A stretch of 53,724 bases of DNA, filler included, from Sphacelaria rigidula (lineage: Eukaryota), in the NCBI GenBank assembly GCA_964200075.2. It is 4 parts of 4 records of this genome, joined end to end, with 100 filler letters (N's around TTAATTAATTAA, not from the genome) between each part and the next. Parts side by side here need not be neighbours in the genome. Positions count along the whole stretch, not along the records: positions 13,458 to 26,813 come from CAXNAA020002941.1; positions 26,914 to 40,269 come from CAXNAA020002942.1; 2 more parts are not named here. One strand, written 5' to 3'. Shown one piece after another: positions 24,601 to 38,660 of this stretch. The notes beneath the pieces are model-generated. The model ran no database searches, was not told where the DNA came from, and saw nothing but the letters and a program-made list of their open reading frames with translations. Numbering within the stretch: position 1 is the first letter of the stretch; each line of letters opens with the position of its first letter. Both the position numbers and the translations under genes were made by a program.

Positions 24601-27600
24601 AATGGTGTAACGTGCGAGGCACAACATCCAAAGCAACACACGGAAATAGAGTGGGGGCTACTTTTACTTCACCCAGTCAGGATAATGATCGCAGCAGGAA
24701 GACACGGCCAGATCATCAGATAGCTCATTTTTCACCGGCACCATCACCCTCCATCTATGTTTATGTTGCACGTGGTTCGATCCAATAATTGATCGCCCCT
24801 GAAACTCATCGATGAAAACAACAAAATGGACCTCACCTGCCCGGTTCAACTCGAAGCAAGCCATACAAACGAAGCGGGCTGTTTTGCAGCACAAAAGTAG
24901 CAGTAGGAGTAGCAAAAGTGGCAGTGCGCGGTGTTCTTTGCGGTGCTGTGCGGACGTATATACCTGTATACTACTACTGTATCTATCCTAGGCACGACGC
25001 CACCGAAATGTTAGCTCAGGACCGTTACGCGCTTGGATCTTAGATCACACGTGCTGCAGCTGACTAACGGAAATATATTGGCTCTGGAAGAAACGTTACT
25101 TCTGTCGGGACTGTTCGCTCTGTACTACCACCCTCTCCATCAAGCTCCGGAGGAGCAGTAACTGCCTAGAGGAAGGAGAAGCGAGGAAGCGTGTATTATT
25201 CCCGAAGAAGAACTTATCATGCCACTGTTGTACGACATAAACAGTCAGATAATATACAGCTATAATACTGACTGTATCTGATTGTATATAAGAAGTATTT
25301 CGAGCCAGAACGTGAGTAACGTTGTGCTGTTTCCCCCCTCCGAGCACAGAACAATCCAGAGCCAAGCGAACTACTGCTATACCTTCAGCACTGCTCGACG
25401 ATTTCCCGTCGGACGGAGCACCCCATGCCCAGATGAATCACGATAGCCGCGCATTATTTGCTGTGCATGTCACATTTTTCTCGGTAGGGCGAAATCTTTG
25501 CCTCGTTCAGAATGAGCAACCAAACGAAGGTTGCATGTGTTCTGAAAATTGGGGAGATGATGTGGACATCCACCGGTAGTTCTGAGGTTTATTCCGTTTT
25601 CTGTCATCCTCTCAAAAATCGGATCATCATACGACTGTCTGTGAAGGTATCATGGATGTTCCTAGCTATACGGTGCGTGCTCCTGTTCGTGTCGTCTTTA
25701 TTATTGTCGAGTATATTCGCCTCTGCCGGGAAAAACTGTGAACTGCACCCAAACAAAAGCCCATTCCGCCAGGATGATGTTGTCTCGGATCACACAAAAA
25801 TACAATACAACTGTAACAGTTATTGTGATGCAATACAGTAGTATGGAGGTGTTATGATGAAAGGTCTAGGTAGGTTTGAACGACGATGACACCCTCACCT
25901 TTTTTCCTTTCTGACCTCCACGGGGGGTCACCTGAGGTCTCATTACATCATCAATTCCCACCCTCTTACTGCGTGGACAACCTGGTCTGACTAAACCCTC
26001 TTGAACATCGCAACGAAGTGTGCCAGAACCATCTCAGGATGTGTCGGGGCGCAAGCAAATCCTCACCAATTGTCAAAGATCCCAGACGTCTGTGGTCCCT
26101 CACAGTGAAATTAATGCCAGAAGGAATAGAAAAAAAGTCATCAATACGAAATGATGGATAACTTGACCCTATTATTAGACCACGGGGGTGGTCCATTTGT
26201 ATCGTGTATATTTTTTTCCAAGTGAAAACCGGGCTGATTCAACAGATCAGCTACTCTCGCTGTCTGACATGATGACGATAATATGAGCACAATCAACCGC
26301 AATCCTCGGATACGTCGAGAGTGCCCAAAAAAAAACTCCGAGACCCTGTGTACCCCCCCCCCCTCCCCCCTCCGGCGGTCGTAGGATCTTTTTTCTTTTT
26401 TCACAGTAAGAAACACTCAATAAGCCATTTTAGGGCGACTTGGGTGAGGTAGCGCCCATGACTGTTGACCCTATCTGCCACCACAACATTGGACGCAATT
26501 TGGCGGTGCAGATAGATGCCTTAAGCTCAATTGAGCAAGCATTGCAGATCATTGTGGTATTTGTCTGGTCTTGTTCTTGCCGTGCAAGTGTGATGTGCAA
26601 TGTAGTGCCGACTAATATAACTTGACCTTGGCTCCGAAGGTATGCGATCATGAAGACGATTTTTTATTCTTTAAATACTTTTTTTTTTCTTATATTTATT
26701 TTTATCTCTTAGTTTTTAGTTTTGTATGGGATTTACTAACCCCCCCCCTCCCCTCCCCCCCCCCCCCCCCCCCAAACCCACACCAGAAAATAATATTCGC
26801 TATTTTCTTTTTTNNNNNNNNNNNNNNNNNNNNNNNNNNNNNNNNNNNNNNNNNNNNTTAATTAATTAANNNNNNNNNNNNNNNNNNNNNNNNNNNNNNN
26901 NNNNNNNNNNNNNTAATAAGAAGTGCGTGACATGTACAATCGATGCATCCAAATCTTCAGTGCAGGGTTGACTGTATACCCATTATTTACCCCGGGAGTC
27001 ATGGAAGGTATGAAGCGAGTACCTTCGGGTTATACTGAGCCACGCACAAGCTAAGGAGCTGTATGAATTACAAATGATGTACGACTAGTATGATCTATTC
27101 ATTGAAATGATGGCTCTGAATTGACTAACGAGTCAACCTGTCACATCGCAAAAAATCCTGAAACTATCGTGTGCGCAGTCGGTACCGTTCACGGTACGGT
27201 ACTGTATCACAGTAAGCTTCTGTGTGCGCTGCTCTGCGTTGGGCTTGTTCTGTTGTGGTAAGTGTAGTGAGCCCGTGAGTGTAGTGTAGTGCTACGTACA
27301 GTAGTGTATTGTGGGAGCACACAGTACGCTGCCGTGCTGGTTTGTGCGGAACTGTGCCGTAATGTGCTGTAGTGTGTTTTGTAGGCTAGGCTAGTCTAGT
27401 CTAGTGTAGCCTAGCCTAGCCCAGCGTAGTGTATCCGTGCTGCTGTGCTATGCTTTGTTGGGCCCGGACAAGGAAAACCCGAGTGGGTTCCGTCAAGGTC
27501 TGTAACTACACAGCAATTGCCAACCGCGGTGAACCACCATACACCACTGCGCAACATTGTTCACGATGTGCAATCTACAATATCCTCGATGTTTTCCCCC

Positions 27601-27843
27601 CGTACTATGGTACCGGCCACATCCCCTTCGCTGTCGGTTAGTCTGAAGCATAGAAAAGTGAAAAGTGCTCCGTGTACCGGCACGGCGGAGCAATCTGTAC
27701 AGGTTCTTTCAGTACAATTTTGCGTATTTCCTTCCTGTGAGGTCCCAACACAACAGCATACGACCGCGCCGTCGATGGCTCTTGATTGGAAGAACCCATC
27801 TTCCCACCATTACGCAGAGGTACCGCTCGTGCACGGTACTTAA

Positions 27844-27941
27844 CCCTTAGACCGCGAGGGTAGTCTTTCTGGATCATGGATACTTTTTTCAAGTGAAATG
27901 GATGCCGATTCAACAGATGACCTACTCTCGCTGTCTAAGGG
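27844..27941. mobile_element. 98-bp piggyBac-type MITE
   Basis: TTAA|CCCTTAGACCGCGAGGGTAG...CTACTCTCGCTGTCTAAGGG|TCAA. Further degraded copies occur near 23170-23270, 26170-26270, 28726-28823 and 29485-29590. Confidence 0.85.
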
Positions 27942-28468
27942 TCAACAGCCGCGGCGAACTGCCACGCCTCCTTGTACCTGCCGGGTATGGTGTTATTATG
28001 TTGACTCGCCATGATGAGTCGAGGGTGGGTAACACATATGCAGCGCATTACCCATGGGAGAAAAATACGCGTGATACAGGCCCCATGAACATGAAATGGC
28101 AGAATTCAACTCTTTGCCGAGTGTTGGTCCCACATTCACCCGAGGGTGGATAGCATATAACATATTGTGCAGTGCAGGCATCTTGCGCGCATTACAGGTT
28201 GGAGAAAAGTGTGTCTGGTTCAGGGCCTATGACTTCAGATTAATCAACCTGTATGACTTATGCAGGTCCCGCATTAATCCGAAGGTGGGAAACATATACG
28301 GGCGCTCACGTTGAACTTGTCAAACATGGCGTACATGTACAAGCCATTCACGCCTTGAGTCATGAAGAAGGGCTGGCTGTGTGAATTACAAATGATGTAC
28401 GAACCGTATGATTTATTCGTCGAAATGATGACTCTGAGTTGACCCACGAGTTGATTTATCCTAACCGT

Positions 28469-29072
28469 GAAAACCCTCGCTTCCCTGACCATGTGTCGCA
28501 GCTGAAGTGACGACATACCGTCTATACACCCAAGGCTCTGCTGCGTTGGTGACATGGGGGACGAGAGTGGAAGTAGTTGAGCTTGTACCTCTGCGATACA
28601 CGCACAAGTGTCACTCATCCCAGCGTCCGTCATACGTAATATCGGTATACTCTCAACCCTTAGACCGCGATGCGGGTTGCACTACTCCTCGATCGCACAT
28701 ACGTTTTGAGGCTATTCATAGTTGACCCCTTGACCACCAGGGTAGGTCATCTGTTGAATCGGCATCGATTTCACTCAAACAAGGGATGCACGATCCAGAT
28801 GGACTACCCTCGCGGTCCAAAGGTTAAAAACCTTCGCTCCCCCGACCATGTATCGCAGCTGAAGTGACGTCATACCGTCTATACACCCAAGGCTCTGCTG
28901 CGTTGGTGACATGGGGGACAAGAGTGGAAGTAGTTGACTTGTACCTCTGGGATACACGAACAAGTGTCACTCATCCCAGCTTCTGTCATACGTAGTATCG
29001 GTATACTCTCAACCCTTAGACCGCGATGCGGGTTGCACTACTCCTCTATCGCACATACATACGTTTTGAGGC
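28469..29072. repeat. ~245-bp direct duplication flanking a piggyBac-type MITE
   Basis: 28469-28712 and 28827-29072 are near-identical, separated by the MITE at about 28726-28823. Confidence 0.85.
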
Positions 29073-31949
29073 CATATATACAGTAGTATAGTTTACCACT
29101 TGGGAGGGTGAGAAATTTCTCAGATAGTTCGACTTGATTTTAGTGCGGACAAAGAAATGCGGATCTTTACCGGGGCTATGCCAAGTGGTGAACTAACCTC
29201 GTATCGCTATCCCTAACCCTAACCCCACCCCAACGCATGCCGAGAACCCTCGGGCAAGGGCGGTACATGAAACTCCCTAGGCAAAGTGCGGCCTTGGTAG
29301 ACCCTCAATTAATGCCGGGAACCGTCGGGCAAGGGCGGTATATACATTCCGTAGGCGAGGGGCGGTTTTGATAGACCCAAAATGATTTGAGTGGCACCGA
29401 TTTAACGAAACGCGTTCTGCGCACGCGAGGAGCACACGGGACTGTCAGTCCTACTGTAATTCTGATTCTCTTTGTACACACTTGCCCTTTCACCGCGAGG
29501 GCAGGTCACCTGCTTAATCTGCATTATTTTCACTTGGAAAAAGTATGTGAGATCCTTTTGGGATCGGATCTCCAGAACGGTCAAGGGGGCTGGTTAGGAA
29601 TGACTTGTCTGGTGTCTGGACGAAACAGTGGCTTCATGTTGCTGAAATCTGGACATGAAACCACAGGATTATGAGGAGGACGACCGGTAGTTTCATCTAC
29701 TCTATTTTCAGGTGCAGGGTGCGCATTAGTAATGTACATAATCTGATATAGCAAGCGGTATGGGTCGCCGTAGAGAGCTTTCAAGACGATGCGGCGACCG
29801 GCGGGCCCCCCGCCACTTGTGGCTTTGGGTGATATTGTTCTCCCCATCACCTTGCCACACGGCCCTTTGTGGTCGGGGTGGGCCGCGATTTCCCTCTTCG
29901 TTGCAAGCGGCAAATTCTCTTCGAAGGGTATCACCTTTGCGGCGCGCATACACACTACAGTATCACAATACAGTAGCACAGTACAGTAGTACAGTATACA
30001 CCTCTCCGAATGCAACAGCAGTTGTAGCTGCATACTCGCTTGCAAGTTCTGGGCAGTTCTCAGCTACCGCGATCAACTGCCTATATACCGCTTCTTCATC
30101 CCCGCCCGCTATATGTATGGTAACTGCACACTGCAAGGCATAGGCGGAGGGATAAGCGGAGTTCATGATGATAGCTCCTTTTGTCGTTTGATGGCCTACC
30201 TGGGTTTAGTGCCTCGTGAAAATGACCGCATGGTAGCATGTACACTCCTTTCGCGTTGTTCCCACTCCTCAGGATTGGTCATTTGTGTCTTTTGGGCGTA
30301 GTATCTAATTCGAGAAAGGAGCCCATCGTGGCAGTCGAAGGATTCAGTTTTGCGACTCAGTTTTGCAAGTGAAGGCAGGAAGGGCAAACGCTGGCGGAGG
30401 GTTTGACCAAATTGATGCAATCTGATCCTTGGTGATACCCATAGAAAAACGGAACGAACGCAACGAAGGGGGGATAGATGATAACGAACGCCGTCCTGTA
30501 CTATACGGCACAGTACTGCTATATACTGCGCGTTCTAGATCAGATTAGTCTCGGCCTATACAGTCACCCGAATGGCCATCCGTGTTGCATTGTCACACTT
30601 TTCACGTGAAGATGAATGATGTGTTACAGGTTTATTGGTCATTTTCCAGTCAACTAGGTTCCATGTGTCATACTTTGTCATGCTTGGTACCTGATGGGTC
30701 ATACTATATTGTGTGGTTGGACTGAGCTGGCTGCCCCCATGTGTCACAGCGTTTTGGAATATGCATCTCAACTAGCAAAGCACAAGTTAGCCTGTACGCC
30801 GATAATAGAAGAGCATCTACGCCATCACGGACTGCCGTATCAGAGGGATCTCTGGTCTTTTTACAATGTAAGCCCGACCTCCATGCAACATACGTGGTTC
30901 TGCAGCCTGCGCGGCTCATGGGTATGCAGCCCGACGCAGCGAACCCGGGTCGACTCCGCACTTGATACAGTCGAACCCAATGGATCGATACACTTGACTG
31001 TGTTTGGGCGCGGCGGCCGAGGTGCCCACGAACTGGCACCTTACACCCCCAGACGGTAAGTATCGAACCATGACATGGTGTCCAACCCGTGCTCGGGTAG
31101 AGTCAACATTGGCATGGTCCGAACACAAACTTTCGGAGGGGAGGTTTTTCTTGCGTGTGGGTCAGATCAGGTAAAATGTTACTTCTTTTACATAGAGTAA
31201 ATAGTGTGCCTGTTCACAGTTTGTACTTTCCACAGCGTATCTTACCTGCAACATCATTTTAGCATGTAGTTGACAGTGCTTTTGAAGTTCAAGACTCGAT
31301 GTCTCTGATGTGGTTGGAGAGCATGTACAGTGCACTATGATGGTATGCTGCTTCGGCTCTTCGCACTTTTTTGTTCTGTCTACCTACCATACGCACGTTG
31401 AGCATAAATAGTTGAGCGTGGGCTATGTAGTTTGTGTTGCCCCGTGGGTGCCCTGTGCTTCGTACCCCCGCGTTGCTCCGTTTTCTCGCCCGCGTTGCAC
31501 TATCTTAAAATCATAACCAAGCAGAGCTCCACCAACGGCTTTCTGCACGAGCTCATCCGAGATAGTTCATCAGCACGCGCTACAATATCTCATCTTGAAC
31601 GAGCTCAACAGACACTGCTGACGTCCGAAGTAAAGCGAAATGACCTAGCCGATATAATTTAATGAAAGGCAATACGGTCGAACGAGAATTGGACGAGTTC
31701 AACGAACCAGAGGGCCTACAATTACTTCGGGGCGTTTCGGGACATCAGGCCCCAGACAGCTGCGGAAGCTGTGCAGCCGCGTTCTTGATTCTCTGTTCTT
31801 GTGGTTTTCGCTGTTATTCTGTGCTGTTGTTCGTCGCTGCTATGCCGCCATTGTGTGTTGCTGCTGCTCGCCGCACGGCTGTGCTGGTGTTCTGTGCTGT
31901 TTTTCGTCGCTGCCGCGCCGCTGCTGTGTGTTGTTGGTTGTTGCTGCTG

Positions 31950-32062
31950 TGTGCTGTTGTTGTTGTTGTTGTTGTTGTTGTCTGTTGTCTGTTGTCTGTT
32001 GTCTGTTGTCTGTTGTCTATTGTCTGTTGTCTGTTGTCTGTTGTTGCTGCTGCTGCTGCTGT
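31950..32062. repeat. Compound (GTT)n/(TGTTGTC)n/(GCT)n simple repeat
   Basis: Directly visible; it explains the spurious Cys/Val/Leu ORFs. (AT)n runs also occur at about 15688-15715 and 17051-17083. Confidence 0.9.
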
Positions 32063-35000
32063 TTCCGCCGTGCTTTCTGCTCCCCTGGTTTGCTGTTGTT
32101 GTCCCGCTTGTTGTGTTGCTTTTGCCTCTACCGCCTACTGCCGCCTGTACTTTTCTCGCTTGCTATCGCATTGCATGTTGTCATGTGCACGCGTATTTTC
32201 CGCCCTCATGTTCTTTTTGAACCTTGCTTCGATCTGATCGCACAGTTTTTGTTTTGTCATTGTCGCCTGCATTGTATCACCTTCGCCTGACCTACACCTG
32301 TTCACCCATAATATCACCGCTGTACCTAACCAGCAATGATCATGTTCCAGGCATTCTCCATATTATTCCGGTATTTTTGTTGCATATTGAAATGGGACAA
32401 TCAACCCACCATGATCAGTATGTATTTTGCATTTTTATTGTGGCCATGGGGATTTGTGAAATGCACGTGCGGTAAAGCTTCCAATTTTTACGGTCTTGAT
32501 TGATTTCTTTCATCACATATTCCAATATGTTCTGCATCTCCGGGTGTCGTGTCTACCCTAACTTTCTTTTGAGCCACCCGATTGTATTGCGTGTTTAATA
32601 ATTTTGCGCCGCCGTCGTCTTGCTCTGTAGAGCTGCAAGATTTTTCATTTCATGTTTTGGTAATTTTGTTTTGTGTTTGGCGATCGTGATTTTTGTTTTT
32701 CGCCGTGCGGGGTGTAGGCTATCTGCAGGGCCTTGTCTGTTGCGCTGCCTGTACTCATCATGCTTGAGCAGGATTCTGCTGGTAATCGTTTCATCTATCT
32801 GGTTCGCAAGGCCGAAACGCCGAATTTACCGCGCGGCACGCGACATTTCGATCTGCGCCACGTGGTATAAAACCGAGCCATATTTTCACGCACTCCAAGA
32901 CTTTCAACGCATACTAACCGTGCCCTCTATTACCTCCTCCCTTGTTTCACCTACACTCTTGTCTTGGGCGTGTCGCATCCCGATGAGGGAACCGGCGCTG
33001 AACGTGATTGCTTTGGGGAGGACACGCAGGAAACACTGAACGGTTTGCTCATGACGGTATGTTCCGGCATGGAGTGTCAGCAATCTGGTTTGGTTTAGCT
33101 AATTCCGTGTACCTTTTTAGAGGACTCTGGTGGCAGGGTTATTGCCTTGGTGTCACTAAACATGATCTCCATTTTTATCTCACTCTGGTGATCGATTGTA
33201 TGGTTTGCTATTCAACAGGTTGACCTCTTGACGCACCCTGTACCGTAGTTGGATACTACCTTGTCCCTTCCTGATACCGTAGTTGAATCTACTTTGTTCA
33301 GTTGCTTTAAACTTGGCTTTCGATACCATGCAACCACTAATCTTTCCGTGTAATGTCTTGTCATTCCTTACGCAGTACGCAGACTTGAGTAGTTTCCCTG
33401 CTTTACATTTTTGCCCTTCATACCCAGCGTACCATGCAAGTTGACTGCGCGACTATATACCTTGTCTTTGACAGTTCTTACAGACCCTACATATAGTTTT
33501 CAGACACTCATTCCGCTGATGCGGTCGCTGAACCCCCTTGGGGGGGGCGAAGTACGAGTTACATATTTTTTTCTGGTTATTGTCTCGCGTGCACACCCTT
33601 TGCCACAAAAAAACACGGCCTCCCACCATAAGAACGCCGCATGATCAGAGAAGAAATACACAAGTTTCTTGACCGAGGTGTTGCCCACCCAACTTTCCCC
33701 GGCAACGTTTGTCGACTACACGATTATGCGTTCGGTAAAAGTCGCCAAATTCGCCAAATGCATCTTTACTGCAGGGTCTCACAAGTTCCTCAGCCTGTTG
33801 ATCAATAATACCGGCATACAACCAGCCAACACAGGATCTTACAAATTGGGGATGTATCTTTTTTGGGGGATTGGCGAGGTCGAAAGTTGGACCGAAAAGT
33901 GCCAACAACATTTCTCGGAAATACTGTTTTGTCATTCATCTGACAGTCACCGGAGGTTTCGGCGGGCGTTCAGCGGAGGTACGTATGTGACTACTGCCGA
34001 GTTTTATTGATCCGCACTACTACTACTATACTGCTGTACCGTATGCACTTGTTGTACAGTATATGAACATGGCATCGTCCCGCGGATGTCGCCCTGCTGC
34101 ATTCACTGCGACTAGCAGATGTCCCAGGTAGGCATTTTTTAACACGCCGCCCCTACAATCAAGAGTGTTAACTACTTATTATTGGTGGCACCGCGTGCCA
34201 TGAACGCGAACCTCAGATTCGTTGTAGTGACCAAAGGTAAGCAAAACAAAAGCCTTGGACCCCCTCCCCATTTTCCCCTGTGTAGGCCGGCCAAGGTGTG
34301 GAGGAGAGGGGGGGGGAGGTGTGGTTATGTTCACAGCACACTACATCCTACACAAAACAAGTCGCCTGACCTTAGAGTGGGGACGAAAGTACTGGAACTG
34401 GGGAGGGGGGGGGGAGTGGTATTTCTCACTGTATACTAAGCCGCGCCCTGGTGGTCTGATGGTCCGACTATCGCCATCAGGGGCGCAGAGGACGAGCATT
34501 CGATTCCCGATGTGTTGGTTTTTTTCTTCGCACTATGTGATGTCCATCGTGGAAAGCGTGAGAACGCGAGTAAACAACGTTGTCGGCTGAGTTTGTTTGA
34601 CGGGGGTTGACGCGGTGGGGGAGTGCTGATCCAATCCATGGGACCAAAATGCAAGGCGTGTACCGCGGAGAGATGAGTTAATCCCTTGAGACCACGGCCG
34701 CGTCTCGAGGAAGGGGAAGGGTTCAAAGTGCGACAAATACCAAATAGAAAGATTCAAAATAATACTAAGGCCCATAGAAACAAAGATAAACACTGATTCC
34801 CATACAAAAAACGAGAAAAACAATATTTTTCGTTCCGCCCGAGGGTGTGTTTGTGTGGAGGGGGGGTGAGGGGAGGGGGTAGTGTGGTTCCACACTTTTG
34901 TCTTTTTCCCACCCTCGTAGTAACGCGCATTATTATTGATATTCAGCGTGGTACTGTTGTTTCGAAGTCCGTAACCATCAACCATCTATTCCTCCGTACT

Positions 35001-35300
35001 CCGTGCTGTCACTTAAGTTACTCCTTACTGTGTTCACTGTTACCGCGGCATTCTTTCTTCCGCGCGGGCATACCCACCCTTTCTGATATGGTGACCATAG
35101 TACACACACACCGTTGTTTGATGGCCTCACTACTGTTTCTCACCTCCGCACCGCCCCCGCCATGACCACAAGGTAAGTAGGTAGGTGCGACAGGCGGGCA
35201 ATTGCTGGAGAGCAGCCCTTCTGCTATGAACAGTGTAACAAGAAGTGGTTGGTGGCACCACGGAAACACGAGAAGAACGTACGATATCTATTGAACGTAG

Positions 35301-35554
35301 GACTAATGCCGAGATAGCCCCCCCACAAAAAGTGCACCGCGGACCGTCCGACAAACCGGCTGTGGCCCCACTATTGGGCTCGTTTGCAGCAATTTCGCCC
35401 GCATGAGAGGCGTGTAGCAGTCCTAAATCAGCGATTACGTACGAATGAGCAGCGTCGTGCAGCACGAAACCAGCTCTAACGGTATTTATGTTTATCGCCT
35501 CCATCCATTGTTTTGGCCGATAGGGGGGGGGGGGGAGTTATCTCGGCAGCAGTC
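35301..35554. mobile_element. MITE family C (GACT...AGTC ends, 4-bp TSD GTAG)
   Basis: TIR GACTAATGCCGAGATAGCCCCCC / GGGGAGTTATCTCGGCAGCAGTC; GTAG at 35297-35300 and 35555-35558. Confidence 0.85.
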
Positions 35555-36180
35555 GTAGGGTGACTATTTTGAAGTCCGCATTCATCAACTGTCAATGACA
35601 TTTGTTGCCTTTCAAAGCCCGCGGGCATCTACCACGTCCTCTGTAGGTGTTACTTTTGCTTGACATTCCGCCAAAACGTTGCCCTCATCACTTAATCGAT
35701 GCCGTCCGACCAACGCCACAAGGCCCCGTTTCCTACCCCACTTCACTCCCTGCCTCGACTTCTACGCCCCCCACCCCCCCATCCCCCCACCCTCCCTGGC
35801 TTTACTCGCGGCCCTTAACGTCGCCAACACCTTAAATGGGATCTTTTTCCCTTTGCCTATGAGTGCGGTGCACGTCGCAACAATCCTAGACATGGGCTCC
35901 CAGCTGAATTCCGTTTCCCGCTTCCGCTTGGAGCGCCCCCCGCTTCCACCAGTAGTCTCACAGAATACGTAGCTCTCCGCGAACGCGACTTTCCCGAACT
36001 CGTCAAGGCTCATGGATGCGACACATCTAAGAATGGCATCGCGGCATGGCCGTAGCCGATGCAGACCCACCCCACTCTATCCGTCATCGTTAACACGCTT
36101 CGCCAAAGCCTTTCCGATGACGAAAGGTGCCCTCGTCGTGATGAAGAAGGCAAAACAACCTTCCTCATCAACAGAGGTAT

Positions 36181-36400
36181 CGTCTCGTGTTGGACGTCGC
36201 CCAGCCGTACCCGTTGTTGGATGCCGGCCCCATCTACCGCCACCCAGTTCATCATTATCCGTGCTATTGCTGTCTGAACAGCCGTCGTTGGCAAGCGCGG
36301 TGTCGTCTCGTGTTGGACGTCGCCCAGCCGTACCCCTTGTTGAACGCCGGCCCCGTCTACCGCCACCCGGTTCATCGTCGTCCGTGCTATCGCTGTCTGC
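36181..36400. repeat. 123-bp in-frame tandem duplication in the acidic region of the Sola-like gene
   Basis: CGTCTCGTGTTGGACGTCGCCCAGCCGTAC at 36181 and 36304; the peptide GTAGRRPTRDDT occurs twice. Confidence 0.85.
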
Positions 36401-37699
36401 GTCAGAGGATAATGCAACAGGGGATTCGCTGCTGTCAGTGCTGAGTGAGTCGTCTGCAGAAGAATCCCCGCCAAGGTCGGGCTCAGAAGGCATTTTTTCC
36501 TCGGACGGAAACCAATGCACTGGGACGTCGAAGACTCGCTCGCCCGTCTCCCCCAGACGTGTTACGGAGTCTTCCATCTCCTCCTTTACGGCTTGTTCGC
36601 CTATCGGATCTGGCGCAAGCAAGCAAGCGACGGGAGTACGGGGATGTCGGGCGTAAAACGCAAGTTAACCCTTCTGGGCGTTCGCGATTGAAAAGGAGGG
36701 CAAGAAAGACACGAGGGTGAAAAGGGAGGATGTAAGAAGACAGAGCCGGGTGTATCTGCTGCGAATCACACCTTTGGTATGAACGTGAACACACGACGAA
36801 ACCCCAGAATTAATGTATACAACAAAACGACAAGAAGCAAGAGGAAACGTAGGTGCAGGTGGAATGTGGGAAGGCGAAATGTACGATGGTGGTAGCTCAT
36901 CGCCAGGGAATGCAGCCGGTAGACGCTCGTGGGAAGCTTCGTACCGCTGCCGCACCTTGCAAAGGACTTCGTCCGTTACCGTGTGGAGCTGGTACGGCGG
37001 GGTACATCGGATATTAGGTGCGGGGCCGATGAAGAGGATGTGTGGAGGGGCCTCTGGGTCTAATGAGCCGTCCGCGCATCTCCCGCTCCACTGCTTCTCG
37101 TGCATGTATCGCTTGAACATCACCTGCACCCGCCCACCACGCTTCTCCACGCGGAAAGCTCTGAAGGTCGTGATGTTCGCCACACGGTTGACACGACCGT
37201 TCAGGAGGCCCTTGTAATTGCCCAGATTTCGCAGTTAGACAGTGGACCGGGAGCTCCCGGTAGGAGGTCTGGAACTCAGCAGCTTGCTGAGATCTTGTGA
37301 AGATGTTCTTTCCCTTCACGCCTATCGCGAATCTGCACGTGACGACGACCGCACATGAAGTGTGAGACGCCTACCAGTAATACACGACGGCGGAGGACTT
37401 GGAGCAGCTGCGAGCAGCCCGCCCCCAAAAGTGCTTGGATCATCGCAATCTAATAAAGCTCGTTACCAGAGAAGGAATCAGTTCAATCTTGGTGTGTTCG
37501 GCAGCCACATCGCTTTGGCCAACAAGCTGGCAAGACACGGGGGAAACTATACGAAGAGCGTTCTCTCGGGTGTAGTGACCACACGCATCCAGTGGGTGAA
37601 AACGCATTCGTGGTGGTACACCCTATCCTAACTATCATCGCGCAGGGAATGCCAAACCATCTGTGATATCGTAGCGTTCGAAGTCGTTCGCAGTCTACC

Positions 37700-38400
37700 T
37701 CAAATTTGAGTAGAGAGTTTGAGGTCGTACCCAATCAATCCGCAACTTGGGTAGGGTATCTGAGGCCGGGCCTGATGTACAAAAAACCTTGGGTATAAGT
37801 TTCACTTTGGCACTCAAGTTCCCATGCAAGATACTCAAACCTGGGCAAAGTAAATACCGACGTATTCACCGAGTTTTCCGCCCATCATTAGGGCTGATTC
37901 CCGATCAAACTTCATCAAAAACTCTGATACAGTATATTCGAGAACGCATGTGGACCAAAACCACATGGTATAAAACTAGGGTAGAATGAATATTGGGGTA
38001 TTGTCAAAGGGCGTTCTGATTGTATCGTGTAGACTGCGGTTACCCATCACACTCAGGCGATACTCTGTGCTCAAGTATTACTGACGGTACTTCCTCGATA
38101 TTTGAGTAGATGTCTGCAGGTCGTATGCGATGTACCCAAAGTTTGAGTAGATCATTCGAGGTCGTACCCAATCTACCCAACAGTTCAGTAGAGTATTTAA
38201 GGCCGTACTCGACCTCATGAAAATTTGATTAGAGTGTTGAGGTTATACCTGAGTGATACTCTACACTAAAGTTTTACAAAGAGTGCTTACTTATTTGAGT
38301 AGGGTATTTGAGGTCGTATTCGACCTACTCAAGATTTGGGGAGCATAAATACTCGAGTATTTCCGCGAATACTGTAAAGTACATTCTCTACTCAAACTGC
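37700..38400. repeat. Degenerate ~41-bp tandem repeat within the Sola-like gene intron
   Basis: Units resembling TTTGAGTAG...GAGGTCGTACCC...TACCCAAA at 38101, 38142, 38183 and 38224, and at about 37704, 37745 and 38294. Confidence 0.7.
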
Positions 38401-38660
38401 GCTTGGGAATCTCCCACGCAGCTTATTCCACGTACTTCCGCGGAAACACATATGATTCCATGGAAGTTCGTCCGTCAAAATATTCACACGGACCTTGCAT
38501 GAAAGCCCTAAACCTCGATGGCAGCTGCTTCGAGATAGCTTCCATCGAAGTCGGCCATCACATAGAACTAACGAACTTTCATGGAAATATATTCGACCAC
38601 GTTCCATCGAAGCTCTCCGCGACTTCCCCGAGCTTTCATGGACGCTGGTGGAAGTGCGGC
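38400..38660. repeat. TTCCA(T/C)GGAAG palindrome-rich repeat
   Basis: Recurrent TTCCATGGAAG, TTCCATCGAAG and TTTCATGGAA motifs. Confidence 0.55.

Noticed and set aside
31662-32290. Cys/Leu/Val-rich ORFs (likewise 45278-45915 and the HT/CV ORFs at 6610-7141)
   Set aside because: Translations of microsatellite or T-rich low-complexity sequence; 45278-45915 lies inside the AcademX intron.
37700-38400. CRISPR-like array
   Set aside because: Degenerate contiguous units with no unique spacers, no cas genes and a eukaryotic intron context.
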